Part shown: piece after piece, positions 13,701-28,700 of the stretch | Position numbering within the stretch: position 1 is the stretch's first letter | Layout of the letters: every line of letters starts with the position of its first letter | From: Octopus vulgaris | Taxonomy: Eukaryota | Direction of reading: 5' to 3' | Assembly (NCBI GenBank): GCA_951406725.2 | Contig: OX597824.1 | Span: 45,818,001-45,882,000, forward strand | DNA length: 64,000 bases | Translations under genes and position numbers: made by a program | The notes under the pieces: generated by a model | Told to the model about the DNA's origin: nothing | The model's input: the letters and a program-made list of their open reading frames with translations, nothing else | The model's database searches: none

Positions 13701-16700
13701 CAAGGAACAAAAAACATCAAGTTTCCCATTAATTTTTGGGCTGCTATGTATTTCTAAGAATTTTTTAAACAAATGATTCCAGTTATGTCATAAATTGAAT
13801 AAATGATGTTTTTCCATTACTCATTTATTTGTGATTAATACAAATTATTTTAAAGTATAGTCAACACATGGTTGAATTTTAGCTTGTGTAATTTTCCATA
13901 ATTATTCTTTTATGGCCTTTGTCTGGCTTACTATCCATCATTAATACTTGATCCGGCCCATGGAAGCAAAGAAGTTGCCGACCCCTGGTCTAGATGAATA
14001 GTATTCCCAAAATGTGCGCCAATTCAAATTGTGGTGACCCATCTAACCCATGCCAGAGTAGAAAGTGGACGTAAAACAAAGATGATGCTTTCATATTAAT
14101 ACTTCTCTCTCTCTCTCTCTCTCTAAATATATATATATATACATATATATATATCCTCACCCCTTTCTCTCATAGAGCGTAAGCTCAGAACATCAAAGAC
14201 TTTTCCATTTTTCCAGAGCGTGAAACTAATACAACTTGCTCATTGTTCTCTCACTTGTCTCTGTGTTTTGCTTTTTGTACACTTGACACGCACACACATA
14301 TATATGTATAAAAAGCAAATAAGGAACAAAGATTTCCAAGTATCTGTACATTACGGCCGTTTCAAGCAGCTCCATTTAATTGATTGATGAAAATATTACT
14401 TCAATACGAAATAAGCCGTTCTCCTTGGTTGCAGCCAACCATATAGATTTCCAACATAAAGAATAAACCATTTTTTTTAGTACATCTTATATCAGTAGCA
14501 GCAACCAAAATAACTACATTGTTACTCTTTGGTATTTCTGTGGCAGAAAAAAATGGTTTATTCTTTATGTTGGAAATCTATATGGTTGGTTGCATCCAAG
14601 GAGAGTGGTTTATTTCATATTGATGTAATGTTTTCATTAATCAATTAAATGGAGCTGCTTGAAACGGCCATAATGCACTGATACCTGGAAATCCTTGTTA
14701 CTTTTTTGCTTTTTATTCACCTAACTTCGAGCTGCGCAGACTTTAACAAACAGCCTTGGTGCCTCAATGTAAGTACCTAATTCAACTGAATCTTAATTAT
14801 TTCTTATATATATATATATATATATGTATATAAGTAGCATGCTGCCATGTTTATAAATAAAGTAGAAAATGTTCAATAGATTTAGAACATCCCATCAACT
14901 AGTTCAAAACAAGAAAAAAAAAAAAGAAAATCATAAACATTAAATTATTAATCAAGTAGCCCACTAAATGATGGAATGGCTTTGCATTACTATCAAACCA
15001 CTTGACTTCAGTGTTAGTGGTATCAGCTGTTACTAACAACAACATATTAAGAATGGTCACAGCTGTATTTGATTCTAAAACATACAAGGTGCACTTAGCA
15101 TTGTTAATACATTGTTAGCAATTACAAATAAGGAGTTTTGCCACATTAAACAAGTATGTTAAATCATTATTTCCTAACTTTATTAAATGTGTAGTATACA
15201 CTTAACATATCTGGACTATATACTTGGGTAATAGTAGAGTAACTTTTACAAATACCCTCTTCAATAACAAAGTACTAGCATAAAAAGAAACCACTGTATT
15301 TCAGTGTATTTAGGAATTATTTAGCTTACTCTAGATCTAAGTTTCAAACAGGAGTAAAAATTAAATTAATTCAGTTTACAGGAGTTTATTTCTGCTACAC
15401 ATTGCGCTTCTGCTAAAATTTTGAAACAAGTGTAATATCAGGATTGTTAGTATTAATCCTTTAGCATTCATATTATTCTGTCAAAATGTAATGCTTATTT
15501 ATTCATTCAGTTTTCAATTATCATGCATTATCTAGTAGCTTTGAGATTTTGATGATGTTAATTGTTTATTTTTAGAATGACATTATAGAGTAGATGGCAG
15601 AGCCTAGGTCTGGTCAGTTTGAACATAAAACAGGTAGATATTTTGACCTGATATGGCTAATTCAAATGTTAAAGTGTCAAAATATTTAGTATAAATCAAT
15701 AAAAAGTTGACTATAAATGTGAAAAGAAAAAGAAAAAAAAAATCAATGAATGACTAATATTATTTTAATTTTTCCAGCTATAAAGAAAGACAACTGCAGA
15801 CGTGTTTGTATTATTCTGCTCTCATCAGTAAAACATAGCCTTCACTACACTTGAACTGGTGATGACAGAATCTTTAAGCAAATGCACACAATTGTATATT
15901 TATTGATGTAGAAAATAAAATTGTTCATAAATCAGATAATCCAGAAATGCTATCTACATCAAAAATTAATGTTAACACATTTAATACCAAGAACATTAAA
16001 AGGTTAACTAAAAATAAATATGAAGTGATAGAAAAAATAAACAACTAATATTATTGTCAGCCTTCTCACAAGTATTAGACACCACTCCAAACATATTCAG
16101 TTTTATTCTGATATTATCAGCTAAACACAGCATTCACTGTATTAGCCTGAAGCCTTGTTTAGACAAGGCACAGAACTGTTTGCTTCAGTCTGCCTAGCAA
16201 GAAAATATTTATGAACACTCCGATATCTTGATTAAGTCACTATTAGTCTGAAAGATATATGTCAGCATTGTTTTAGTACACATCAAAATTTTCACTATTA
16301 GTTTCAATTATAGGGTATATAAAAAATAACAAAGTAAAAAGAAGAGAAGTTTAAACTCTAAATTGCATAGACCAACATCATGTTTTTTTATTAAATTAAA
16401 AATGATTTTTTGGTAATTCCTGGCATAATTTCAAGACTCTTATTTTTACCTATCAACTCTAAATTAATAGAATTTATAGTTATGGTAGGATATGTGTATG
16501 TATTATACATATACATGCATACAAGCTGTGTAAAATGCAATGATAGAGAGAAAAAACAAGATATACAGAAGGGGAAGAGAGAAACAGTAGAAGTCAAGAA
16601 TATACTTGGAATCATTTCACAAAAAAAAAACAAAAAAAAAAAACAAAGCTAAAAACAATTCTTCATAAGGTGGAAATAAGCTTAGCTTTGGTTACATATG

Positions 16701-19700
16701 GACAAAGAATCTTTTTTGGTTGGTGCCAAGAATATAAGATACAAAGAAGAAAGAGAGAGAAAATATGAGGTGAAACAGAGATGGGATGAGGGATGGAGAG
16801 AAACATGTTAGAAGATTTTTTTTTTAGAGTCCTTAGAAATTTATGAAAAACAAGTAAAACTCAGAAATAGTGAGATAAAATGATGTAAAAGAGGCAAGAA
16901 AACAGAAAAGATGAGAAGGGCATCAAAAACAATTCTCAAACATAACTAAAAGAAACAAATTTAAACTAAAATCAATTCTCAAGTAATATTCAGAGATAGA
17001 AAACAGAAGCAAGGCAAAGAGAGAGAGAAACAAAGCAAGCACAGTGTAAAAACAATTAACTTGGATATCAATAATTCTTTCAAATGATAGCTTTGTAATT
17101 GAGTTTGTCTTTCTCAAGGGTGGTCTAGTTAGCCACTCAACAGTACATGGATCAAACCAAACCTGATAATAGATTATTGCCACCTGAAAGAACAGAAGCC
17201 TGTGACTAATCATGTAATCAATGTTATATTCTTATTGGTGATCTAAAAAGATACATTGACTGTACACAATACTAATTGCATTTAACTGAGCAGAAACGTT
17301 TATAAAATAGTTATGGTAAAAGTTATAATAGGTATGTAAAAATCTGCAGATCTTTAAATAGGCAAAAAAGTCATATTTGCTTTGCTGCTCATTAACAAGC
17401 ATTGGACATGCTCATTATTGAGCTTACACCCATTATATATATATATATACATACATACATGCCTAAACATATAAAGACATATATATTTATGTAAAGGCAT
17501 GTGGCTTAGTTAGGGATTTCAGCTCAGGATTGTTAGGTAGTGGGTTTGATTCCCAGTGGTGCATGTTGTGGTCTTGAGCAAGACACTTTATTTCACACTG
17601 CTCCAGTTCACTCAGCTGGCAAAAAGTGAGAAGTACCTGTAATTTAAAGGGCCACCAGTCTTGTCACATTCTACGTCACACTGAATCTCCATGAGAACTA
17701 TGTTACAGGTAGCCATGTCTGTGGAGTACTCTGCCACTTGCACATTAATTTCACAAGCAAGTTGTTTTGTTGATCGAATCAACCGGAACACTCATCGTCA
17801 TAACCGATAGAGTGCCAGTTTTACACAAGACAAAGTGGTAAGAAAGGCTCTACAGATGTTGGGACTCACAGAGGGGATGACAGGGGGCTGAGACTCCGGA
17901 TGGTTGCTGTGATTGAAAAGGCACGTCAAACATGTCAAGCTAAGTAAAAACATGGTTGCCCTTGCATACAGGCTGTCTCCTGCATCCTTCTCCAGCTAGT
18001 TTCCCAACCTTGTGGGCTCATGGGTGATGGTGCCACATAAACACATCTGTACTGGTGTTGCATGAAAGCACCCAATACACTCTGTAAAGTGTAAGGGCAT
18101 CCAGCCATAGAAACCTTGCCAAAACACGCATTGAGCTTGAGCAGCTCTTCAGCTGGCCAGCTCCTGTCAAACAGTCCAACCCATGCCAGCATAGAGAAAT
18201 GGATGTTAAATGATGATATTCATGGATGTTCATCAGAGAGAAGAGGACTATCTAGTCATTCTAAAAGATAACTTATATAGTCACTTTGTATTATGTGAAG
18301 AAGAGTTGCACACCATCAACTTCACTCTCTTGTCTGTGAGCATTTTCAATCAAGTTGCAAGACCAGGTCAAGATGACTGGGAATGAAAACAGATGCAGTG
18401 GATGATTTAGATGTCTTACTTGCCTCATCCTGCACTCTGCACTACACAATGCATTGCTGCAGCTGCCTCCCCTCCATTGAACCATGAAGGTTTCTTCCAC
18501 AGAGTCCACTGGATCCAATCATATACATATCTCACTGGCATGGGTGCCTCCTATGTGTTACCAGCATGGGCACCTTCAATGTGTCACCAGTATGGGTGCA
18601 TTTTATGTGTCACCAACACAGGTGTCCTTTTATGCCTCACCAGCAAGGGTGCCTGTTACATATCATTGGTATGGGTGCTGCATGACTGTGTGGTAAGAAG
18701 CTTGCTTCCCAACCACATGGTTCCAGGTTCAGTTCCTCTGCATGGTATCCTGGGCAAGTGTCTTCTACTGACCAAAGCCTTTTAAGTGGATTTAGTAGAC
18801 AGAAACTGAAAGAAGCCTGTCATATATATATATATATATATACGTCTGTGTTTGTCCCCCTGCAACTACCACTAGCACTTGACAACTGGCGTTGGTGTGC
18901 TTACATCCCCCTAACTTAATGGTTCAACAAAAGAGACTGATAGAATAAGTACTAGGCTTTAAAAAAAAAGTCCTGGGGTTGATTTATTCAACTAAAACCC
19001 TTCAAGGCAGTGCTCCGGCTCCACTGAGGCAGGATGCAGTGGATTTGCAGACCAGAGATTGAAATATGCTTGGCATCACAGGGGCCAGTTGTCAAAAGGC
19101 TATCAGGTTGGCTGTAGAGGCAGTAGAGATTGCCTCAAGGTAGCTGTGGATTAGGAGGTGTGAGTCTTGGAGGGGGCAGTGCTACCAGTGGTAGTGCTAA
19201 CAGGACACAAACTGAGGTTTGGTCAACCTTAGCTGGGCCACATGGATGAGTGGGTGTTTGATTTCGAACAGGCCAAGGAAAATTACTGATTATGTGTCCA
19301 GGTGCATCACAGCATGATACAAGAAAAAAAACTTATTTTTTGCTTTTACATATTTATAATACATATATATTTTTAGGATGAAGCTTAACCCTATAGCTTT
19401 TAACCTGGCCATCTCTGGCCAAAATATTCTGCCTATTTTATGTTCAAACCGACCATATCTGGCATTTCATACCTTAACATTAATTGAAAACTAAACTATC
19501 ACATCATCAAAATCTTGAAGCTACAAAATATTGCAGGATTAATTCAAAACAATAAGCACTGCATTTGACAGAATAATCTGAATGCTAAAGGGTTAAAAAA
19601 TAAACATCAACATGCAAAAGAAATCTTTACAAGTTACAAAAAAAAAAATAAATATCTCAGTCTGGTGACTGAAACAAGTAAGTAAATGATAAAAGATTCT

Positions 19701-22700
19701 TTAGCAAAGATAATTCACACATTTCCAACAAAGATATTTAAAAGTTTAATAGAACAAATAATTTCATAGAATACAGACGGTAGGTTGTTTGTTGATTCTT
19801 AGAATAGAAGCAATCACTCAATGTTAACATGTACCCCATAATCATCTGCATTCTTTTACTGATTACTTGTTTCAGTCATTAGACTGTGGCCATGCTGGAG
19901 CACTGCCCTGAAGAGTTTAGTCAAACAGTTCACTCCTTGCACTTATTTTGAATGTCTGGTACTTATTCCATCAGTCTCCTTTACTGAACTACTCAGTTAC
20001 AGGGATGTAAACAAATCAACACAAGCTGTCAAGCAGAGGGAGACACACACACACACAAGCACACACACAGGTCTGGCTTCCACATAGTTTCCATCAAGCA
20101 AATTCACTCACAAGGCTCTTGTTGGCTCAGAGTTACAGTGCAAAAAGAGACACTTGCTTAAGATGTAGCACAGTGGAAGTGAATCTGAAACCATGCAGTT
20201 GCTAAATGAGCTTCTTACTTTCAATACCTATAACACATCATTACCATCATCATCATCATTATTATTTAATGTCTGTTTTTCATGCTGGCATAGGTTGCAC
20301 AGTCATCATTCAGCATGGTCTCTACAGCTGGATGATCTTCCTAATGCCATCCACTTTACAGAATGTACTGAGTGCTTTTTATGTGGCATTGGCATGAGTG
20401 TTTTTATGTAGGGTTAGCATGGATGTTTTTTCACATGGTACTGGCATGGGTGCTTTTTATTTGGCACTAAAACTTGCAGAATTGCCAAGTAGCTTGCAAG
20501 ACAAGACTGTCTCAGCTGAGAGAGGGAGAGGAATGGAAAGATGTGGTTGTGTGCTGGGTGAGAGATGGGAATATGATAGGACAGGGATAGCTGTCTTACT
20601 ACAGAGGAGATACTCGGCTACCTCAGTAGGACAAGGAAGGAGAGGGAGGAGAGAGAGAGAGAGAGAGAGAAGAAAGAGTCAGAATGAGCAAGAGAGAAGG
20701 CCTACACCCAAGGAACAGTGGGTGGGAGAAGTATAAGTAACACAGAGGGGATAAGGGAGATGTACCATAAGGGTGAGGGGAGATATTTAGAGATAACAAA
20801 TGGTGTTGAGAGGAATTGGAGAGGACTTGCAGTGGATGGTGGAGATGGGTTGTGGGTGAGTTTTGCCAAAAGACAGAATTATGTGTGTGTGTGTGTGAAC
20901 AAGGAGATAGGGTGGGGTTTATGGTCGTAAAGGACATAGCTATTTTAAACAGTTGAAAGTCTTGAGTACTTGTGAAAAATGATAAATTACCAAGAGTACA
21001 GTTAATTGATATACATCAAATAACATTATACTGAACTTCAAAGCGACTATAAACAATTAGCATGTTTTCCTTGCTTTTATCACAGTATGGTGGCCAATAT
21101 ATGCTATACTAGACAAAAAATTCTGACTGGTTTTTATGAATAAAAGAGAAAAAAATTTTTATCAACACTGCAGGATAATGTTAATATGAAAAAATTTGTA
21201 AAAGTTGTTAAAAATTTATGATAATTTGTCCAAATAGTTCTGTCAGGACATTTCAACTATAACTGAGATAAAATCAACCACAAATCAATGAATTGATGAA
21301 AGACATAAATTCTGAAAACACTCTGTCCAAAGTTGAACGAGTTAAACCTTAACAAGTATTTAAATCGACTGTTTGAAACTTTTACAAACAAATCAACTGG
21401 AAATATCATAATTTTACTTCCCTTTCAAGCTGGAATAAGTTGAATGACTACACAATCAGAGTTAGTTCATCTTTGATGAAATGGCCCTCCTAGACAGACT
21501 AGGGGCTACATCTCTCTCATATGTCTCAATTTTTGGCATGAGTTCTATGGCTGGATGCTCTTCTAACACCAGCCCCTTTACAGGGTGTACTGGAAGCATT
21601 TTATCATAGCACAACATCATAGAAGTTGTCATTCATTTGTGTGCTTTACTTCCATTTTTCTATGCAAGCATGGGTTAGATAGATCATATTATTGAGGTTT
21701 TGTGTAAAAGCTGGTTGCCTTTTTGTTGCTAACTCTCACCTGTCTCATACTAAGAAAATTTTTATTCCACTCATCTTCAAAAGTGCAAAGCTACTGGATG
21801 TTTTTTTTTTGTTTTTAGAGACACACACACACGTGTGTGCTCATGAAAATAAAGCATGTGGTATATATATATATACACACATATATATATGTACATACAT
21901 CACATTTTGTACAGTTTATTCACAGTAATCAATAAAAAATACTCACCCTACATATTTATACCCTGAATAGGCAAGGGTGTCGAGATATTTGAGGCCAGTA
22001 TTCAAGTTGAGTATGTACAAGCTGAGCATAACAATAAACAGTTCCAGTATAAGCCACACTAAAGCTGAACTTGCTTGGATTCCAAGCTGCTCTGGAGTAA
22101 ATCTGAAAATTAAAATAAGTGCAGGTACATCATATATGTATGTATGTATCTATAGATAAATAGATGGATGGATGGTATAGGTCCTGATAAGGTAGAAAGC
22201 TGGTGTATTTCAACACAAACTCTTGGTTATTTACACTCTCATACTGCAACTTTGAAAAGAAATTCAAAATTCACTGGTGCAAAACTCCAGGTACCTCACT
22301 GGTAAAAGCAGTATGTAAGTATAATGAAGAGTAACATATAATACAAGGAAGAAGATGAAGAATGAATATAGCACAACTTTATCATTAGTTACAATTGTTT
22401 CTGTACTACTCAATTTTCCAACCACATTGCACATAAATGATTCCATGTGAAAAGTTATGCAATATGTGTGGTCGGTTATATCAGACTACGTTAAAGTTAT
22501 TTGTCTTTGCACTTTGTGACAAACATGCATCTAGGGAGGAATCAATAATGATGAAAATAGGAATAATAACAATAAAATTACTATCATCAATAGAGTGGCA
22601 AGCTGGCAGAATCATTAGCATACAGGGTGAAATGCTTTAGTGGCATTTTATCTGTCTCCATGCTCTGAGTTCAAATTCCACCAAAGTTGACTTTGTCTTT

Positions 22701-25700
22701 CATCCTTTCAGTACTAGATGAGTATTGGGGGTCAATGTAACTGACCTACCCCTCCCCTGAAATTGCTGGCTTGTGCCAAAATTTGAAACCGATATAACTA
22801 TCATCAATAATAAAAGCAATCTTACTGGTACAAGTAGTATTGATAAGACATAGCTATGATCAGTGGTAAATTGCAAATATTAATGGTAGCAAATATAAAA
22901 AATACTATGGGCCACAAATTTTTCAATGTCATAGTAACTATAATCAAATAAACAAAAGTAAAAATGAATATTCAAATAAATAATAATAAAAGGAAAGAGA
23001 AATCAGTAACAGTAGGAAATGAAAGAGAAAAAAAAAGGAGAGGAGAAATAATAAAAATAAGGGTAATAATGTAGTACTACTAATACTAAGATTATTATGA
23101 AACAAATACTAGGAAAAATAAAGATGATGATGATGGCAAATAGCCTATTTGTTAGCGCGTTAGCAATTTAGTTAATTAAGACTGCTGTTTTGAAATGGTA
23201 AAGAGTAAATAATCCTTTCTACTAAAGGCACAAAGCATGAAATTTTGGAAGAAGAAGTAAGTTGATTACATTGACCCCAGTGTTTCACTGGTACTTTATT
23301 GACCCAGTAAGGATTAAAGGCAAAGTTGACCTTAGCGGAATTTGAACCAAGAATGTAAAGATGGACAAAATGCTGCTAAGCATTTTGCCTGGCATGCTAA
23401 CAATTCTGCCAGTTTGCCACCTTATAAAGATTAGACAATGCAACCACTTGAATGGTTGGAATGAGACAAGTGTAAATAGCTACAGTGCCACAAAACTGTA
23501 AACATTATGTTAGTTCATGGCGTTACAGAAATAACACTTCCATGACTTCATACATTTTCAGAGACAAATGTATAGTCTATTATATCGATCCTAGTACATG
23601 ACTGGTACCGAATTTATTGACCCCTGGAAAAACGAAAGTTAAATATCAGTTCTGACAAGGTTTGAACTCAGTATGTAAAGGGACATAACTTAATATAACA
23701 AAGAATTTAATACAACATAGTTTCTACTAACTTCACTGGCATTGTGCTAATGGTAATAATAATTTCTTTCACTAACTCAAGATCAATTATTGTGTGTATA
23801 GGGGAGTGTGCCATTTAAACAATGAATGTACAAACCTGTTTTGAATGCCCATCACTACACCAGCAGTGAGAATGTATGTAACAAGAGCCATCACTGAAAC
23901 GAAACAAACATTTTGAACAGATGCAAAAGTTGAAGATACAAGATTGGTGTTAGTCACAGCTTTGTAAGTTAACTCAATAAGATCAAAATAGTGCAATTAC
24001 TTTCAATAATTAACAAGATAAATAAATGTAGGTTAAAGGATATATCTTCAAGAGCAGGCTCTCTATTAACAGTCTTTCTTCACTTTGACCCTGGTAACTT
24101 ACCAACATACACCATAAAACAAGCCTTGGCTCAATTCTCCATCTCAGATACTCTTACATATCCCCATATTCATCATTATCGTTGTCGTTTAACGTCTGCT
24201 TTCCATGCTGGCATGGGTTGGACAGTTTGACTGAGAACTGGCAAGCTGGGAGGCTACACAAGGCTCCAATCTGATTTGGCAAGGTTTCTACAGCTGGATG
24301 CCTTTTGTAATACCAATCACTCCAAGAGTGTTGTAGGTGCTTTTTTTTTTGTGCCACCAACATGGGAACCAGTCAGGCGGCATTGACCACGCTTGAATGG
24401 TGCTTTTTACATTCCACTGGCACAGGTGCCAGTAAGGCGGCACTAGCATTGGCCATGCTCAAATAGTGCATTTTATGTGCCCCCATCACGGGTGTCAGTC
24501 AGGCAGCACTAGCATCGACTACGACTACAATTTCACTTGGTTCAACAGGTCTTCACAAGTATGGCATATTGCCCGATGATTGATGGGTGCTTTTAAATGG
24601 GCCAATCATGCAACACTAGCATTGGCCATGGCTACAATCTCACTTGGCTTGCCAGGTTCTCTCAAGCACAGTATATCTCCAAAGGTCACTTGTCATTGCC
24701 TTTGTGAGGTCCAATGTTCGAAGGTCGTGCTTCACCACTTCATTCCATGTCTTCCTTGTTCTACCTCTTCCACAGGTTCTCTCCACTGTTAAGGTGCAAC
24801 ACTTCACACAGCTGTCCTCATCCATGCACAACACATGACCATACCAGCACAGTTGTCTCTCTTGCACATCACATCCAATGCTTCTTACGTCCAACTTTTC
24901 TCTCAGGGCGCTTACACTGTTGTGTATGCACACTGACATTACACATCCAGTGAAGCTTACTAGCTTCATTTCTTTCAAGCCTATGCATGTCCTCAGCAGT
25001 TACAACCCATGTCTCACTGCTGTATAGAATGGCTGTTTGCACACAGGCATCATACAGTCTACCTTTCACTCTGAACGAGAGGCCCTTTGTTACCAGCAGA
25101 GGTAGGAGCTCTCTGAACTTTGCCCAGGCTATTCTTATTCTAGCAGTTATACTCTCAGAACATCCACCCACTGCTACTGACTTGGTTGCCTAGGTAATGG
25201 AAGCTATCAACTACTTTTAGTTTTTTCCCCCTGGAATGTGATAGAATCTGTTTTCTGTACATCTTCAGTGCTTATTACACCTGTGCATCTGCCACACGTA
25301 AAAACTATCTTTCCAGTTACCCTTCCTTTGTGTCCATAGTTTACACCGAGTACATCTTATGGAGCTTCTACTTATGCTTTTTCTACAGATCGAGCAGGGC
25401 TATCTACCTAAAATGATTTGTGATTTGTGTGCCTTCCTACTTACTAAGACTTTGATTTTTGCTAGGTTGACTCTAAGGCCCTTCGATTCTAGACCTTGCT
25501 TCCAAACCTGAAACTTCTCTAGTTCTGGTAATGACAGTTGCATAGATCCAAAGTCTTCACTCCTGTAAGGAACACAAAATGCTTTTTGTTTTCTTTCTCC
25601 ACTTTCCATATTTAAAGAACTACAGAATAAACTGTAGGCTTGTATTACAACTAATCAAGTTTCTCATGTTACCATCTAATATTTGAAAACCTATCAACTT

Positions 25701-28700
25701 TTACTGTCAACATGATCATATCATAAACCTTCCTATATTAGAAGCCAATAAGAGCAGAAGTTGGTTATAAGACCAGGCACAAGAAGTAACAGATGATCCA
25801 CATAACTGACATACCTAACATGTGGAGGTAAATGGAACTTCTATAATAATGGTTTCAAATTTTGCCACAAGGGTAGCAATTTCATGTAACAAATGGTGAC
25901 TCGAATGTTTAAATACATTTCACAGCCTCTTTATCATGACAGTGATGATCCAACAAAAGAATATGACATAGCCAGAAAACAATTGCCGATTATTCTGTCC
26001 TTAGGACATTATGCAGCTCCGCAAGTTGATAAAAAAACTACTACTACACAGCTTACCAACACCTTGCAAGTTCAAATGAACAACACTGATATGTCTCTGA
26101 GAAAATTCACCCTATGGGGAACTTTTCTCTACCACTGTAGCCACGTCACACAGGTGATTGTGTCCCAAACAAGCTTCTTCTCAGCACATCAAATGTTTTG
26201 AGCAACACTGCCGAGATGCCAATATGCTACCTGTAACATTATTGACATCAGCACATTCTTCCACTGATGCCTCCATCTGCTCCAGTGACAAGAATGAGAT
26301 AAGTCAACTTGTGTTTCCCCCAGTGCAGTACAAAACAAAGAAAAAAGTTTTCATCATCAAGATTATTACTCTTTTCTTACTGATTTCTCCTTTCTGCTCA
26401 TAAACATATATATCTGAACATATTTCAACATGCACACAAGCACCCAGCACTTGCACAACATGCACACAGGCACCTAGCAAACACATGCATTACTAGCAGT
26501 ATATATAAAATTATTATCAAAGGTGGCGAGCTGGCAGAAATGTTAGCATGCTGGGCGAAATGCTTAGCGGTATTTCGTCTGCTGCTATGTTCTGAGTTCA
26601 AATTCCGCCGAGGTCAACTTTGCCTTTCATCCTTTTGGGGTCGATAAATTAAGGACCAGTTACACACTGGGGTCGATATAATCGACTTAATTAGTCTGTC
26701 TGTCCTTGTTTGTCCCCTCTATGTTTAGCCCCTTGTGGGTAGTAAAGAATTATATACATAAAATTATTATGGATAGAAGATGGAACCCCACTTCAGCTAT
26801 ATTCCTGAGCTCAAGAATAGCTGAATAGGTTTACAATATTGACAAACTGGTATTCAACACAAATGCACCTGAATACACAACTACCACCCCACTGGTAAAC
26901 AGTACACTGACTCATTAGTGTACATGCACATAACTATGTACAAGTCACTCATTCACTCAGTTACACATTTAGCCGCACTCATCTGGCTCACGTACATACA
27001 TGTGTCCTAGATCTTTCCTAGTATTTTTAGAGTTATACTCTGGTGGCCTAACATTTAACCACAATTATAATTTTTCCTGCACACTGTTTGTTTCTTCTAT
27101 TTTCTTTTAAATTTTATTTTTCACATTCCTGGTTTTGCAGACTTTTGCACCATAAGCTTGTACAGCACTTCATATACGAGACAGCACAGTATTGTACATG
27201 AAAATATCTTCTGACAGTACTATGCAATTTAACCAACATTCTTAGTTATGCATTCACCCTTTTCTTATGCATGTTTCTTTTATACACTTCACACCTGCAA
27301 TTCCAACAATATTCTCATTTTCTTCAATTCACTATGAATGGAAATTTTCAATGGCAGGGAAGTCATGTGGCAGGAATATTCAGTAATCAGATCACTATAT
27401 CTGATGTTGTGATTCACTAGAACGTTACCATGTGATAAAAAATCTAACCAATCACAACTATGCCTAGAACTGGCTCCAAAAACAATTCCATCTTTTCAAG
27501 CCTTTCTCTCTGAGCCTATCCAGCACTATAAATTCAGCACACCTTACCTGCTTGATAGAGAGCATTGAGAGAGAGGAGAGATAAGACAGCAGGCAGAAAA
27601 CGGTAAAGATGCGGACAGCAGCTGACCCAAACTGACAGCAAATAAACAATGACATATGATTACAGCAACACCAGCACCAACTGACTACACTTTGACCGCT
27701 GCTACAAGTACAAGAACAATAACATTCAAACTCTTTTGATGTTTTGTAGATTGAAGTAATGACAACATTTTTCTTTGTTTACAAAATGAATAAATATTTG
27801 ATTATCATAAATCTCAACAGATATCAGTATTCCTTTGTACAGTGTTAGAGCTCATCTTATCCACAACTGCAAGAAAATGTTTCATGATACTGTTCTATAA
27901 ACCAAATCTGAAAGTAAGATTACTTACCAGGTATGTAAAGATCTGGAGCATTAAGCTCATCTTTTGGTGCCACAAGTTCCCCTGGACTAAAATGAATTGA
28001 CCAATCCTGGTAATTAAAGATAGCAAAGTTAAATAGAGATTTCAGATGAGGTAGAAAAAATATGAAAAAAATGTACAAATGTTTAAAAAATTTTTCTATA
28101 AATTTATTTCAGATAATGCAACCATACAAAGCTAAAGGAATTGGTCCATTACAGACTTTCCACTCAAAGATTGCCTACTTCTAAAGACATGATCAGATCA
28201 TAATGTAATATATGAAGCCAACAGATTTAACTAACCTTGATTATTAATCATATATAACTCAAAATATATATCATCAAAGTTCCATTCAATGGCTCTTCCA
28301 GTCCTTTGATGTTTTGCAAAAAATTGCATATCACTATCAGTCAGTGGCAGACACAAAATGGTTGAACTAATTTTGGACTACAAACTCATAAGTCAAAAAT
28401 TCAAATTTCTTACAGATGTTTAATTTTCTTGGAAAATCAGAGGACTGTGTTTTGGTTCATGTAGCTTTGAGAGTAAATATTTTCAGACTGAGAGCAGTGG
28501 TTAAACCTGAGCAATAACACACCCTTGGGGCAGTGTGAACTCACAAAGACGAACAGGGTGTTTAGAGTTGTTAGAAGTTTTCTTAGAAATAAAATATTTA
28601 AATCAGGAATACTACTTATTTTAAACACATTAAAAAAAAATCTCTGGATTATAATAGGAGTAGGATATTGTGTTGTATGCAGAAATCTGACTGACGAAGT

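Noticed and set aside
11884-13732. Domesticated GTF2IRD2-like gene
   Set aside because: Many stops and frameshifts, with TIRs and TSD still present, so it is a dead transposon.
25893-26403. ORFs of 81-102 aa in intron 5
   Set aside because: No recognisable domain or splice logic. Probably old repeat debris.
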